DNA of 64,000 bases from Candidatus Hydrogenedentota bacterium (GTDB taxonomy: Bacteria; Hydrogenedentota; Hydrogenedentia; Hydrogenedentales; SLHB01), in assembly GCA_963668025.2 (NCBI GenBank), contig CAXXTH010000017.1, positions 480,001 to 544,000 of the forward strand, in the 5' to 3' direction. The position numbers were made by a program, and so were the translations under genes. Shown one piece after another: positions 49,877-58,719 of the stretch (the stretch's first letter is position 1; every line of letters begins with the position of its first letter). The notes beneath the pieces were generated by a model. That model was not told the origin of the DNA. It searched no databases and saw only the letters and a program-made list of their open reading frames with translations.

Positions 49877-50932
49877 ATGGGCTCCATGATGCCAAACAGA
49901 AGTATGAAAACACGCATCCGCCTCGGCGGCGCATGCATGGCCGCATGGGCCATGCTGCTTCTTTCGGGCTGCCACCAACCGCCCCAGGAAACCGCCCCAG
50001 CATTCGCATATGAGAAAGAGTTCCCGCGTGACGCCATCACGGTGGCGGAACGCATTAATCTCGACCACATCACCACCGCACAAGCGTTCGAGCTCACGCT
50101 GGCGGCCCGCCACACGGAAGCCATCGAGTGCGCCTTTCCGCTGTTGAAAGACGGTGAGAAATTGGGCGAATTCGCCGTGCAATCTTCCCGGCAGTCTGAA
50201 CCGGCGTTGAATCCGGATGGCCAAATCGCCGTCACGAAAACGTATGTCCTTGAACCGTTCTTGCCCGGCGAATACGAACTCCCTTCGATGTCCATCGAGT
50301 ACTGGGACAAGACCCAGCCGGACGCCGCACACCAAACCGTGCAGACGGACGCCGTGAAAATCACCGTGGCGTCCGTGCTCGCCCCGGGCCAAGAAGCATC
50401 GGAGATCAAAGAGATCACGCCGCCCATGGAATTGCCGCCTTCCGTGTGGCGCTGGCTGGCCCCTCTTCTCGCTGCCTTGGCGCTGCTGGCGTTGGGAGCC
50501 GGATATTGGGCATGGCGCGGGCGGAAGCGTGCAACGGCGGCCATCGCCGCTGAACCGCCGCATATTACGGCCTTGCGCCGCCTCGACGCCCTCCGCGCGG
50601 AACGGCTCCTCGAACAAGGCGAGTACAAGCTGTTCTATTTCCAGGTATCCAATATTATACGCCATTATCTCGAAGATGGTTTTGGCATGCGCGCCCCCGA
50701 ACGGACCACCGAGGAATTCCTGGCGGAACTCGACGCCAGCCGGACGCTGGCCGCCAGCCATCAGATGTTGCTGCGCAGTTTTCTTAAGCATTGCGACCTC
50801 GTGAAATTCGCCGAACACCATCCCTCCGAGACAGAAGCGGAAGAGGTGTTTACGACATGCAGGCGCTTTGTCGAGGAAATGCACGCCGCGCAGGCGCAAG
50901 CCGCGTCCGAAGCCTCGGCGGGGAGGAGTTAG
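49877..50932 (+). CDS. Bat-operon lipoprotein/membrane protein
   Basis: LSGC lipobox, single TM, IRHYLE...APERTTEE...DLVKFA C-terminus. Confidence 0.75.
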   Translation: MGSMMPNRSMKTRIRLGGACMAAWAMLLLSGCHQPPQETAPAFAYEKEFPRDAITVAERINLDHITTAQAFELTLAARHTEAIECAFPLLKDGEKLGEFAVQSSRQSEPALNPDGQIAVTKTYVLEPFLPGEYELPSMSIEYWDKTQPDAAHQTVQTDAVKITVASVLAPGQEASEIKEITPPMELPPSVWRWLAPLLAALALLALGAGYWAWRGRKRATAAIAAEPPHITALRRLDALRAERLLEQGEYKLFYFQVSNIIRHYLEDGFGMRAPERTTEEFLAELDASRTLAASHQMLLRSFLKHCDLVKFAEHHPSETEAEEVFTTCRRFVEEMHAAQAQAASEASAGRS

Positions 50933-50935
50933 CGC

Positions 50936-51988
50936 ATGCGGTTCGAGTCGCCATACGCCTTCCTGCTGCTTCTACTGATTCCGGCGCTGCTCTATTGGAA
51001 CCTGCGCCAGCGTGGCCCTACCCTGCGCTTATCGAGCCTCATGCATGCGCGCGCGGCGGGTTATTCGTTACGCCAGCATTTCGCGCGCATGCCGCTGCTG
51101 GTGCGCGTCCTTGCGCTTGTGTTGTTCATCATCGCCCTCGCCCGCCCGCAAGAAGGCCGCGAACGCGTACAAGATGTGAGCGAAGGCATCGCCATCATGA
51201 TGGTGGCGGATCGCTCGGGCAGCATGGGTGAGGAGATGGATTACCACGGCCAGGCCATGACTAAAATTGATGTGGTGAAGAAGGTCTTCGCGCAATTCCT
51301 GTTTGGCGGCCAAGACGGGCTCGAAGGCCGCCCAAACGACCTGGTGGGCCTCGTGTCTTTCGCGCGCTACGCGGACACCAACTGCCCGCTGACCTTAGGC
51401 CATAGCGTGCTGGCGCATCTGCTCGAACGCGTTGAGCTTCCCCAAACGCGTGAAGAAGACGGCACGGCCATCGGCGACGCCATGGCCCTTGCGGCGGCGC
51501 GCTTGAAAACCGCCGAAGATGAAATGAAAGAAGAGCGCAAGCTCAAAGGCGACGCCTACCGCATTAAAAGCAAAATCATGATTCTACTGACGGACGGCCA
51601 GAATAACCGGGGCGAGCGCCAGCCCATGGAGGCCGCCGCATTGGCCGCTGAATGGGGCATCAAAGTGTACGCCATCGGCGTGGGCGGCGGAGGCGGCGTC
51701 GTCATGAATACGCCCCTCGGGCCGATCCGAATGGGCGGCGGCGCGGGATTTGACGAAGACACTTTAAAAGCCATCGCCACCAAGACGGGCGGCCAATACT
51801 TCCGCGCCAATGACGGCGAAGCCTTGAGCCAGGTATACGAAACCATCGGCCAGCTCGAAAAGAGCGAAATCCATGCGGAACGCTATCTCGATTACCGTGA
51901 ATGGTTCGCCCCATTCGCCGTAGCGGGGCTGCTTTTACTCGCCTTCGAGATATTCCTGAGTTGCACCGTGTTCCGGAGGGTTCCGTGA
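50936..51988 (+). CDS. batA: VWA domain protein BatA
   Basis: ALARPQ, DRSGSM MIDAS, GTAIGDA, LLTDGQNN. Confidence 0.85.
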   Translation: MRFESPYAFLLLLLIPALLYWNLRQRGPTLRLSSLMHARAAGYSLRQHFARMPLLVRVLALVLFIIALARPQEGRERVQDVSEGIAIMMVADRSGSMGEEMDYHGQAMTKIDVVKKVFAQFLFGGQDGLEGRPNDLVGLVSFARYADTNCPLTLGHSVLAHLLERVELPQTREEDGTAIGDAMALAAARLKTAEDEMKEERKLKGDAYRIKSKIMILLTDGQNNRGERQPMEAAALAAEWGIKVYAIGVGGGGGVVMNTPLGPIRMGGGAGFDEDTLKAIATKTGGQYFRANDGEALSQVYETIGQLEKSEIHAERYLDYREWFAPFAVAGLLLLAFEIFLSCTVFRRVP

Positions 51989-53007
51989 TGGACGCGCGGT
52001 TATACCATGTCGAAATGCTCTTTCACCTTTGGGCGCTCCCCATATTGGCGGGATTTTTTATTTATGCCGCCCATCGACGCCACATCCATACGCGCCGCTT
52101 CGCCGAGGCAGGCCTGCTGCCCCAATTGAATCCCGCGTCAAGCCGCGCGCGCCGCGCATGGAAGGCAGTGCTGATTCTGGCCGCTGCGGCGCTCACGGTG
52201 CTGGCGCTGGCGCGGCCCGCGTGGAATCCCAAGCCGAAGGATGTACAGAGTTCGGGGCGCGATGTGGTTTTCGTGGTGGATGTATCGCGCAGCATGCTCG
52301 CCGAAGACTTGGCCCCGAGCCGGCTGGGACGGGCGAAAATGGCTATCTTGGACTGCCTGGATAAACTCAACGGGGACCGCGTGGGCCTGGTGGCCTTTGC
52401 GGGGACCGCCGTGGCCGAGTGCCCGCTGACCCTCGATTACGGTTTCCTGCGCGGGGCCGTCGAACGCATGTCGCCCAATGACGTGCCGCGCGGCGGCACG
52501 CTGCTCGGCGACGCCGTGCGCATGGCGTTGAAAGAAGTATTCGATGGCCAGCAAAAGGCGTATAAAGACCTTGTCTTGATTACCGACGGCGAAGACCATG
52601 AGAGCCTGCCTGTCGAAGCGGCGCAAAAAGCCGCCGAGGAGGGAGTCCGCATTATCGCGATTGGCTTGGGCGATGAAAACCAGGGAAAACGTATCCCCAT
52701 CACCGACGAGTCTGGACAGCAGAAATTCCTGACGTACAACGGCCAGGAAGTGTGGTCGAAGCTCGACGCGGACACCTTGCGCAAAATGGCCGAAGCCACG
52801 CCGGGCGGGAAATACCTGAATGTAGCCACCGGCGCATTTGACCTTGGCGCCATTTACGAGTCGCTCATCGCCTCGGCGGAAAAGACTCAATTTGAAGCAA
52901 AGACCATGACCGTGTATGAAGAGAAGTTCCAGGTCTTCCTGGGCATGGCGTTTGCCCTTGTATGCATCGAGATGCTGGTGAGCGATAGAAGGCGCTTGAG
53001 AACATGA
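51988..53007 (+). CDS. batB: VWA domain protein BatB
   Basis: DVSRSMLAEDLAPSRL, PLTLD, ITDGEDH. Confidence 0.85.
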   Translation: MDARLYHVEMLFHLWALPILAGFFIYAAHRRHIHTRRFAEAGLLPQLNPASSRARRAWKAVLILAAAALTVLALARPAWNPKPKDVQSSGRDVVFVVDVSRSMLAEDLAPSRLGRAKMAILDCLDKLNGDRVGLVAFAGTAVAECPLTLDYGFLRGAVERMSPNDVPRGGTLLGDAVRMALKEVFDGQQKAYKDLVLITDGEDHESLPVEAAQKAAEEGVRIIAIGLGDENQGKRIPITDESGQQKFLTYNGQEVWSKLDADTLRKMAEATPGGKYLNVATGAFDLGAIYESLIASAEKTQFEAKTMTVYEEKFQVFLGMAFALVCIEMLVSDRRRLRT

Positions 53008-54203
53008 TGAAGCGTTTCATATATGGAGCCGCTTTAGGGCTTATACTGGCCGCCGCGAGTGCGCATGCCGATTCGGTGCGCGCCCTCGTATCGCAGGGAA
53101 ACCGCGATATCGCGGAAGGGAAATTTAGCGAAGCCCTCGAAGCGTATAACCAGGCCGCCGCATCCACCCCTGAAGCGCCGGAGGCCCCTTTCAACCAAGG
53201 TGTCGCGTATTACCATCTCGGACAATTCGACAAAGCCAAGGACGCTTTCGAGCAAGCCGCCATCCGGGCGAAAGACCCGTCGCTGCAAGCCCGCTGTGAA
53301 TATAATCTCGGCAACACGGCCTACCGCGCGTCGCAAGCGCAAAAAGACCCGAAAGAAGCCCTCGGCCAGCTTGGCCAAGGCGTCCGGCATTTTCAGAATG
53401 CCCTGGCGGCGGATCCGTCTCTCGCGGACGCGGCGCACAACATTGAAGTGTCGCGCATGGCCATGCAAGCTATCCTCGAAGAAATGAAAAAACAACAGGA
53501 ACAACAGCAGAAGCAGCAAGAGCAACAGCAGCAAATGCAGGATAAGCTGGATAACCTCATTAACCAGCAGCAGCAGAATAACCAAAATACGCAACAGGCC
53601 GCCCAGGAACAGCAACCTCAAGAACAGCCTCAAAACGGGCAGAACAACGAACAGCAAAATCCCGAACAACAACAGGCGCAGGGACAGCAGCAACAACAGG
53701 CGCAGGAACTTGCGAACCAGCAGCAGCAAACACGCCAGCAAACCGAAGAGTTGTCCAAGGAAATGAGCCAGCAACAACAGCCTTCTCCCGCGGAACAGGC
53801 GAAAGAGCATGTGGATAACGCCGCGCAACAGCAGCAAACAGCCGAAGAGCAGTTGCGCAACCAACAGCTTGACGCCGCACAGCAGGCCCAGCAAAAAGCT
53901 TTGGATGAGTTGCAGGAAGCTAAGAAAGCCATGGGCCAGAATCAAGAACAGCAGAAACAGGATGAACAACAAGACGGCCAGAAGCAGCAGCAAGGCCAGC
54001 AAGAACAACAGCAATCATCGCAGCAAAGCCAGCAGGAACAAGATGCGCAACAGGCCCAGCAAGGCAGTGCTGAGCCTGATATGAATGCACAGCCGCCCGA
54101 TGAAACGGCGCAGGAAATCCTGCGGGAAGAACAGCAAAACCAACAGCAGCGCAATCAAATGAATGTACAAGGCGGGAATCAACCCGTGGATAAGGACTGG
54201 TAA
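53004..54203 (+). CDS. batC: TPR protein BatC with Q-rich tail
   Basis: TPRs (YNLGN), long Q/E low-complexity region, terminal KDW. Confidence 0.82.
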   Translation: MMKRFIYGAALGLILAAASAHADSVRALVSQGNRDIAEGKFSEALEAYNQAAASTPEAPEAPFNQGVAYYHLGQFDKAKDAFEQAAIRAKDPSLQARCEYNLGNTAYRASQAQKDPKEALGQLGQGVRHFQNALAADPSLADAAHNIEVSRMAMQAILEEMKKQQEQQQKQQEQQQQMQDKLDNLINQQQQNNQNTQQAAQEQQPQEQPQNGQNNEQQNPEQQQAQGQQQQQAQELANQQQQTRQQTEELSKEMSQQQQPSPAEQAKEHVDNAAQQQQTAEEQLRNQQLDAAQQAQQKALDELQEAKKAMGQNQEQQKQDEQQDGQKQQQGQQEQQQSSQQSQQEQDAQQAQQGSAEPDMNAQPPDETAQEILREEQQNQQQRNQMNVQGGNQPVDKDW

Positions 54204-54209
54204 AACGCC

Positions 54210-56066
54210 ATGTGGGTGTGGAATAAAACGATATGGACGCTTGCCGCCGCCATGGCGATATGCGCGGCGGCCATAAGCGCCCACGCCCAGCAAGCAGGCG
54301 TCACCGCACAGGTGGACAAAAACGAGGTGGCGCTGGGCGAACCGTTGCTCTTGACGCTCGATGTCGAGGGCGCGGACGCCATCCAGCCGCCGGATCTATC
54401 GCGTTTGGAGGGTTTCGCTGTTCAATATAATGGCGGCCAGCGGAACAGCGGCACATCGGTGACCATCGTCAATGGCCAGATGAGCCGAGTGGTCCGGCGT
54501 GGCTATGTGATGCAGTACCGCCTCACGCCCCAACGAAAAGGCGAGCTGTCCATACCGTCCATCTCCGTGGAAATAGACGGCGCGGCCTTCTCGACGGAGC
54601 CCATTAGCATCCATGTGGGCGAGCCGCAGCAAACCAACGAATCGAAATTCGATGTCACACTCTCCAAAACGCAATGCTATGCGGGCGAGCCGGTCGTCCT
54701 CACCGCCACCTGGTATTTCGCATCCAGCGCGCGCAATGTGACCTTCTCGATGCCGGTTCTGGAAGATAAACGGCTCCTTCAAGAAGACATGCCGCTCGAT
54801 CCCCATGCCAAACATCCGATTGAGGTGGAGATCGGTTCGGTGCGCGTTGTCGGCGAGCAAGGCCAAGTGCAAATCAATGGCCGTGTGTACGGCGCATTGC
54901 GTTTTCAACGCGTTATTATTCCTCCCGAGCCCGGCGAATACCGGTTCTCGCCTGCGACGGCGGCCGCGGAATTGCTCACCAATGAGCGGCGTCCGCGCAG
55001 CCCTTTCGATGATTTTTTTAATGACGCGTTTTCTGAAGGAGGCACATACCGCACGTATGTCGCCACTTCAGAACCATTGGCGCTCACGGTGCTGCCGCTG
55101 CCCGCTGAAGGCCGCCCCGATAATTTCACGGGGTTGGTGGGGGAATATGCGATTAGCGCGAGCGCCCGGCCCACGGAAGCCAACGTGGGCGACCCTATCA
55201 CGCTGTCCGTGCATCTGAGCGGACCGGAATTTCTCGGCAGGGCGGAGCTGCCTTCCCTGGAAAAACAGCCCGAGTTCACCGCTCAATTTCAAATCCCTAA
55301 AGACCATTCGCCCGGCGTTATCGAGAATGGCGTGAAAACCTTCACCCAAACCATCCGGCCTATGAACGCGGAGATTACGGCAATACCGCCGATACGCATT
55401 AGCTTTTTCGATACCAAGACGGGAACCTACCAAACAGCCGAGACCGCACCGATTCCCATCACCGTGCATCCCGCAAAAGTATTGACGGCGGAGGACGTGG
55501 AAGGCCATGACGGAGGGCGCATCCGCAACGAATTAACCGCCTCGCGCGAAGGCATCGCCCACAATTACGAAGGCCCTTCGGTGCTGGCCAATCAGGCCTA
55601 TGGCATGGAGCTCTGGCTTCGTTCCCCCCTATGGATGGCATTGGCGGGCGGGCCGCCGCTGGCTTGGCTCATACTTGCCTTGGGCGCATTTCTGGCGCGC
55701 AGGCGCTGGGCCAGTCCAGAACGCCTTCGCGAACGCCGCGCCTACGGCGATTTCGCGGCGGCCATGCGCAAACTCAAAAAAGCGCCGGGCGGCGCATCGC
55801 CGTACGCGGGCCTGCATGAGGCATTGCGCGCCTACTTGGGCGCGAAGCTGAGAGCCGCCGCTGCTGCGCTGACGTATAACGATGTCCGTGAGCCGTTGCG
55901 GGCTAAAGGCGCAAGCGACGCCGCGCTCGATGCCTTGAAGGCCATCCTTGCGGAATGTGAGGCCCATCAATACGCGGGCGGACATACGGCGGAGTCAAGC
56001 GCCGGCTCCGTGCTGACGCGGGCGCTGGATGTGGTGAAAGCCATCGAAAAGGAGGCAGGCCGATGA
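54210..56066 (+). CDS. batD: BatD family protein
   Basis: Signal peptide, SVTIVNG, VLPLP...FTGLVG, C-terminal TM; synteny. Confidence 0.85.
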   Translation: MWVWNKTIWTLAAAMAICAAAISAHAQQAGVTAQVDKNEVALGEPLLLTLDVEGADAIQPPDLSRLEGFAVQYNGGQRNSGTSVTIVNGQMSRVVRRGYVMQYRLTPQRKGELSIPSISVEIDGAAFSTEPISIHVGEPQQTNESKFDVTLSKTQCYAGEPVVLTATWYFASSARNVTFSMPVLEDKRLLQEDMPLDPHAKHPIEVEIGSVRVVGEQGQVQINGRVYGALRFQRVIIPPEPGEYRFSPATAAAELLTNERRPRSPFDDFFNDAFSEGGTYRTYVATSEPLALTVLPLPAEGRPDNFTGLVGEYAISASARPTEANVGDPITLSVHLSGPEFLGRAELPSLEKQPEFTAQFQIPKDHSPGVIENGVKTFTQTIRPMNAEITAIPPIRISFFDTKTGTYQTAETAPIPITVHPAKVLTAEDVEGHDGGRIRNELTASREGIAHNYEGPSVLANQAYGMELWLRSPLWMALAGGPPLAWLILALGAFLARRRWASPERLRERRAYGDFAAAMRKLKKAPGGASPYAGLHEALRAYLGAKLRAAAAALTYNDVREPLRAKGASDAALDALKAILAECEAHQYAGGHTAESSAGSVLTRALDVVKAIEKEAGR

Positions 56067-56920
56067 ATGCGATGCGCCTATTCATCCTGCTGGCCTTAGC
56101 CGGTTTATCCACGCTAAGCGGCGCCGCTTATGCAGCCATGCCGCCCGACCCAGCGGAGCTTGACGCCACGCTGTCGGAAGCCAACAGCCTATTCGAACAA
56201 GCCAACGCCCAGGTGTCTGCCGCGCCTGACGCGGCAAAAGAGCTATATAAAAAAGCGATATTGAGATACGAGCGCCTGGCCCAGGAAGGCGGCGTGCGCA
56301 ATGGGAAACTGTATTATAACTTAGGCAACGCCTATTTCCTCTCGGGCGATATCGGCCGGGCCATGCTCAATTATCTTCGGGCGCGGCAATACATTCCCAA
56401 TGACTCGAATCTTCTCCAAAACCTGGCCTATGTGCGCAACCAGCGGGCCGATGCCATCCAGGAACCCGAACGCGCGCGCGTATTGCAAACGATTTTCTTC
56501 TGGCATTACGACTTGTCCGCCAAAACCCGCATGTGTACGTTCATCGTGTTTTTCATGTTGTTGTGGACCGCCGCCGCATTGCGCCTCTTCATCCGGCGAA
56601 CGGCGTTGCACTACGCCATCGGCATCACCGCCGTATTCAGCTTGCTGTTCTTTTGTTCTCTCGCCGCCGAGGCCGTATCCCAATTGAAAGACGCCACGGG
56701 CGTGATTATGCCCGATGAAACCGTGGCGCGGATGGGCAATGGCGAATCCTACCAGCCGGCGTTCAAAGAGCCCCTCCACGCGGGTACGGAATTTCAACTC
56801 GAGGAAGTGCGCGGCGATTGGCATCGCATCGAGCTTCGGGACGGGCGTTCCTGCTGGATACCCGCCTCCGCGGCGGAATTGGTGCGGCCCGAAAAACGCG
56901 GTGCGAAAACCGTCGAGTAA
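56063..56920 (+). CDS. batE: BatE-like TPR/SH3 protein
   Basis: LYYNLGNAY...AMLNYLRA, two TMs, LHAGTE...W...DGRSCWI SH3b. Confidence 0.82.
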   Translation: MNAMRLFILLALAGLSTLSGAAYAAMPPDPAELDATLSEANSLFEQANAQVSAAPDAAKELYKKAILRYERLAQEGGVRNGKLYYNLGNAYFLSGDIGRAMLNYLRARQYIPNDSNLLQNLAYVRNQRADAIQEPERARVLQTIFFWHYDLSAKTRMCTFIVFFMLLWTAAALRLFIRRTALHYAIGITAVFSLLFFCSLAAEAVSQLKDATGVIMPDETVARMGNGESYQPAFKEPLHAGTEFQLEEVRGDWHRIELRDGRSCWIPASAAELVRPEKRGAKTVE

Positions 56921-56929
56921 GATAACACG

Positions 56930-57333
56930 GAACACTTTAGCTATCAGAAGCAAAATAACCGTTGTGGTTTAGTTTTATATTACTATATGCTACCTTTCGC
57001 AAAATATTCGAAGATTTTGGAACGAGCGATAATGCAGACGGACACAGCGCAGCTTTTCCGCAACCAAAGCGGCTGAAATTTGTAGGATGGGGCTGGCCCC
57101 ACCGCTCAAGGAATACGCCTATATAGTCCCGACATAACTATTTGATATGCATAGAACTGAAATCATATCAAATAGTTACGGTATTCATTTTCTCGTGTGC
57201 CGTTGTAGGGGCGCACCGCCCTGATCTGTGGGGCAAGCCCCACCCTACAATTTTTAGTGTATTAAGTGGTTCATGAATTCGGATCTTGTGAATCTTGTCC
57301 ATACGCATTGCCCTTGCTTCAGGCGGCGATATC
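56930..57333. repeat. Degenerate MITE ends enclosing GTAG REP pair and 15-bp hairpin
   Basis: gaacactttagc at 56930; tgtaggatggggctggccccacc / gtggggcaagccccaccctaca; perfect stem taactatttgatatg / catatcaaatagtta (57135-57178). Confidence 0.65.
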
Positions 57334-57389
57334 AAACTCCCGCATTGATTCTTTGTGAAGCCCAAGGCATCATAAACAGGGAGTTTTTT

Positions 57390-58190
57390 ATGAAAATGAG
57401 ATTTTCTACAAACGAGATGTTGCGTGGCTTCGAGCGCTGCATACTTGGTGCGAAGCAGGCCTGCGTGCGCTCTGATTATGCGCCGCTTATACGAGCGGCG
57501 CTATTTGATGGCGTGGGCTGTGAAGCGTGGAGTCCCGGTGGAGGGCGTGGGGCGTTATCGAGGTTTCCCCTTGGCGATGGCTGGGGTGTCGTGCGCCGGT
57601 ATAAGCGCGGCGGCGCGATGCGCTTGTTATCGCGTGACGCTTATCTATTCGGCAACCGCCCGCTGCACGAATTGGACATCCTCATCCGGCTGCATGCGTC
57701 CGGTTTGTTGGTCCCCGAACCGCTGGGCGCATGCTGGGAACGGCGGAACGGCCTCCTGCGCGGCGCACTGGCCACCCGCTGGGTGGACGCGGGTGATTTG
57801 GCCCATTTTGCCGCAAACCAGCCCGCCGGGACTGTTGAAGCCGCCGCACGCGAAGCCGGGCGCGCCATCCGGCGCTTGCATGATTTGGGCGTATTCCATG
57901 CCGATCTCAACATCCGCAACATCCTGGTGGGCGATGCGGGTGTGTACTTGATCGATTTCGACAAAGCCCGCGCATCGGCAGGTTTATCGCCATTGCAGCG
58001 CGCGCGAAATCTCTTGCGCCTGCGGCGCTCCATCGAAAAGCTGGGAATAGCATCTTCTGTTTTTATGGCTATATGCGGAGGATATGGCGCGGCTGATTTT
58101 CCGCCACTCCTGGAATGGGCATACCGCGCTAAAGGCAGATTAGCGGATACATTATCCCGGCGGAAGACTGTGAAAAACGTAATACTTTAG
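57390..58190 (+). CDS. LPS/Kdo kinase family protein (KdkA-like)
   Basis: GGGRG, RRYKRGG, LHDLGVFHADLNIRNIL, LIDFDK, NLLRLRRSIEK. Confidence 0.82.
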   Translation: MKMRFSTNEMLRGFERCILGAKQACVRSDYAPLIRAALFDGVGCEAWSPGGGRGALSRFPLGDGWGVVRRYKRGGAMRLLSRDAYLFGNRPLHELDILIRLHASGLLVPEPLGACWERRNGLLRGALATRWVDAGDLAHFAANQPAGTVEAAAREAGRAIRRLHDLGVFHADLNIRNILVGDAGVYLIDFDKARASAGLSPLQRARNLLRLRRSIEKLGIASSVFMAICGGYGAADFPPLLEWAYRAKGRLADTLSRRKTVKNVIL

Positions 58191-58516
58191 CGGACTGAAG
58201 CAAGAGCTGTTTTTTTAGACATGATTTACATGATGAACAAGATTGGACATGCTCGCAAAAGTAATCAAAGGATGTGAAAGCTAATCGATGAAGCGCCCGA
58301 ACGCGTTTTTAGGGCAGCGAAATCACCATCAAAAAAATCTTGTCTCATCTTGTTAAATCATGTCTAAAAAAAACTAGCCCACCCATTGGGTGATAAAAAC
58401 TTTTCTGCGTTACGCCAAGTGTTCAATAGGCTAATTGTATAGGAACTGGCCTCAACGGTTTAATTTAGGCTTAAAAATCATCCCGATGCTTTTACCTCAG
58501 ATGGCTAAAGTGTTAC
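58179..58516. mobile_element. GTAACACTTTAG MITE carrying a GACATGATT hairpin
   Basis: gtaatactttagcggactgaagcaag ... gctaaagtgttac; colinear with 15974-16252 plus extra ~60 bp; no TSD seen. Confidence 0.82.
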
Positions 58517-58719
58517 ATTCTTACAAAGATCACCCAGTTCCCTTATCTATTACTGTCACATTTATGCTCCCTAGCGTTAGCGCCTATCGCATCGGACGCT
58601 TACACTCATTGCCCGGCAATTTTTGTTCCCTTTAAAGAACATATGGTTGACGGCGGCTCTTTTTTAGCGGATACTACGCGAAGGTATATCCCTGTGTCGG
58701 GCTGGGAAAAGGTGTCTTC

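Noticed and set aside
49313-50899. 528-aa minus-strand ORF
   Set aside because: Antisense shadow of Bat operon genes
53034-54014. Leu-rich 326-aa minus-strand ORF and CAG/CAA repeats
   Set aside because: Complement of the Q-rich BatC tail, an expected low-complexity feature
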